NCBI GenBank assembly: GCA_023246655.1
Contig: JAHFHX010000007.1
Location: 1-51,421, forward strand
Direction: 5' to 3'
Source of the DNA: Candidatus Magasanikiibacteriota bacterium
GTDB lineage: Bacteria > Patescibacteriota > Patescibacteriia > Magasanikbacterales > GWA2-37-8
DNA: 51,421 bases
Made by a program: the position numbers and the translations under genes. Below the pieces are notes generated by a model. It had not been told where the DNA came from, searched no databases, and worked only from the letters and a program-made list of their open reading frames with translations. Every line of letters starts with the position of its first letter. Position 1 is the stretch's first letter. This document shows positions 50,696-51,421 of the stretch, piece by piece.

Positions 50696-51235
50696 ATGTC
50701 CACAACTCTAAACGAAAAGATTCTTCTTTATAAATTGCAAACCGAACAAGATCCAGAAGCATTTGTGGCTCTTTACGATAATTATGTAAAGAGAATTTAT
50801 CGGTTTGTTTACTTTAAGGTAGCTACTCACGAGGAAGCCGAAGACATAACCTCAGAGGTTTTTTTAAAAGCTTGGCACTACGTGCAGGACCATCGAGAAG
50901 TCAAAAGTTTCAGTGGTCTATTATATCGAATCGCACGTAACTGTGTTATTGATCTCTATCGCCGGAAAGCAGCTCAACCAGAAATTAATCTTAATGAGGA
51001 AATTGATGTTGGAGATGAAGGACGCTGGTTTAAAGTAATAAATGCTCGAGTAGAAAACCAGCAGCTCCTGGTGGCCTTGAAACGTTTAAAACAAGAGTAT
51101 CAAGAAGTATTGACCTTACGGTATATTGATGAATTGGAGACCGAAGAGATTGCCCAAATAATTGGCAAAGGTACCATCGCGGTACGAGTAACGCTCCATC
51201 GTGCTGTAAAAAAATTACGAGAACTGCTGCAGTAG
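50696..51235 (+). CDS. ECF RNA polymerase sigma factor
   Basis: EAEDITSEVFLKAW, LYRIARNCVID, EEIAQIIGK...VRVTLHRA. Confidence 0.93.
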   Translation: MSTTLNEKILLYKLQTEQDPEAFVALYDNYVKRIYRFVYFKVATHEEAEDITSEVFLKAWHYVQDHREVKSFSGLLYRIARNCVIDLYRRKAAQPEINLNEEIDVGDEGRWFKVINARVENQQLLVALKRLKQEYQEVLTLRYIDELETEEIAQIIGKGTIAVRVTLHRAVKKLRELLQ

Positions 51236-51263
51236 CTAGAAAATCGAAATTTTAAAAAAGCAT

Positions 51264-51421
51264 ATGCGTCACCGGGCGCTCATCCAACAACTCAAGAGTT
51301 CACAATCGACGGATGTCAATCCGCGAGCTGAATGGTTGAAAAGCAACCGTGCTTTGTTATTATCCCAAATCACCAATACTCTCCCGGTTGCTAAAGAGGA
51401 GCGTACGTATCGGAAACAACA
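51264..51421 (+). CDS. Partial ORF, possible anti-sigma factor
   Basis: MRHRALIQQLKSSQSTDVNPRAEWLKSNRALLL; open to the window end, directly after the ECF sigma. Confidence 0.5.
   Translation, partial: MRHRALIQQLKSSQSTDVNPRAEWLKSNRALLLSQITNTLPVAKEERTYRKQ

Overview
Chromosomal window from a Patescibacteria/CPR bacterium (probably Parcubacteria/ABY1-type; inferred from 16S signatures, the unlinked 16S gene and giant pilin-anchored surface proteins). It holds trmD (partial), an HD hydrolase, a stand-alone 16S rRNA gene with three hairpin insertions, tRNA-Val/Ile, lepB, hisS, rpsU, a surface locus (745 aa and 3939 aa pilin-like-anchored proteins plus three Ca-binding repeat proteins), ybeY-dgkA-ftsA-ftsZ-nrdR, pyk, glyA, thiE, an accessory region (32.9-42.4 kb), transporters, a glycoside hydrolase, tRNA-Val(TAC), metK, a serine hydrolase and an ECF sigma factor. 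Highlights: (1) a divergent Elp3 + Trm9-like pair (eukaryote/archaea-type mcm5U34 route) separated only by a GxxExxY nuclease cassette with 43-bp inverted repeats; (2) two paralogous leader-peptide attenuators (WG[D/E] peptide, antiterminator/terminator, boxA-like motif) upstream of GC-rich ORFans and a roughly 340-nt structured RNA; (3) a multi-stem RNA upstream of metK; (4) several palindromic element families inserted between genes, in the 16S rRNA, in a tRNA fragment and in-frame in proteins. All homology calls come from motif recognition by eye, not database searches.
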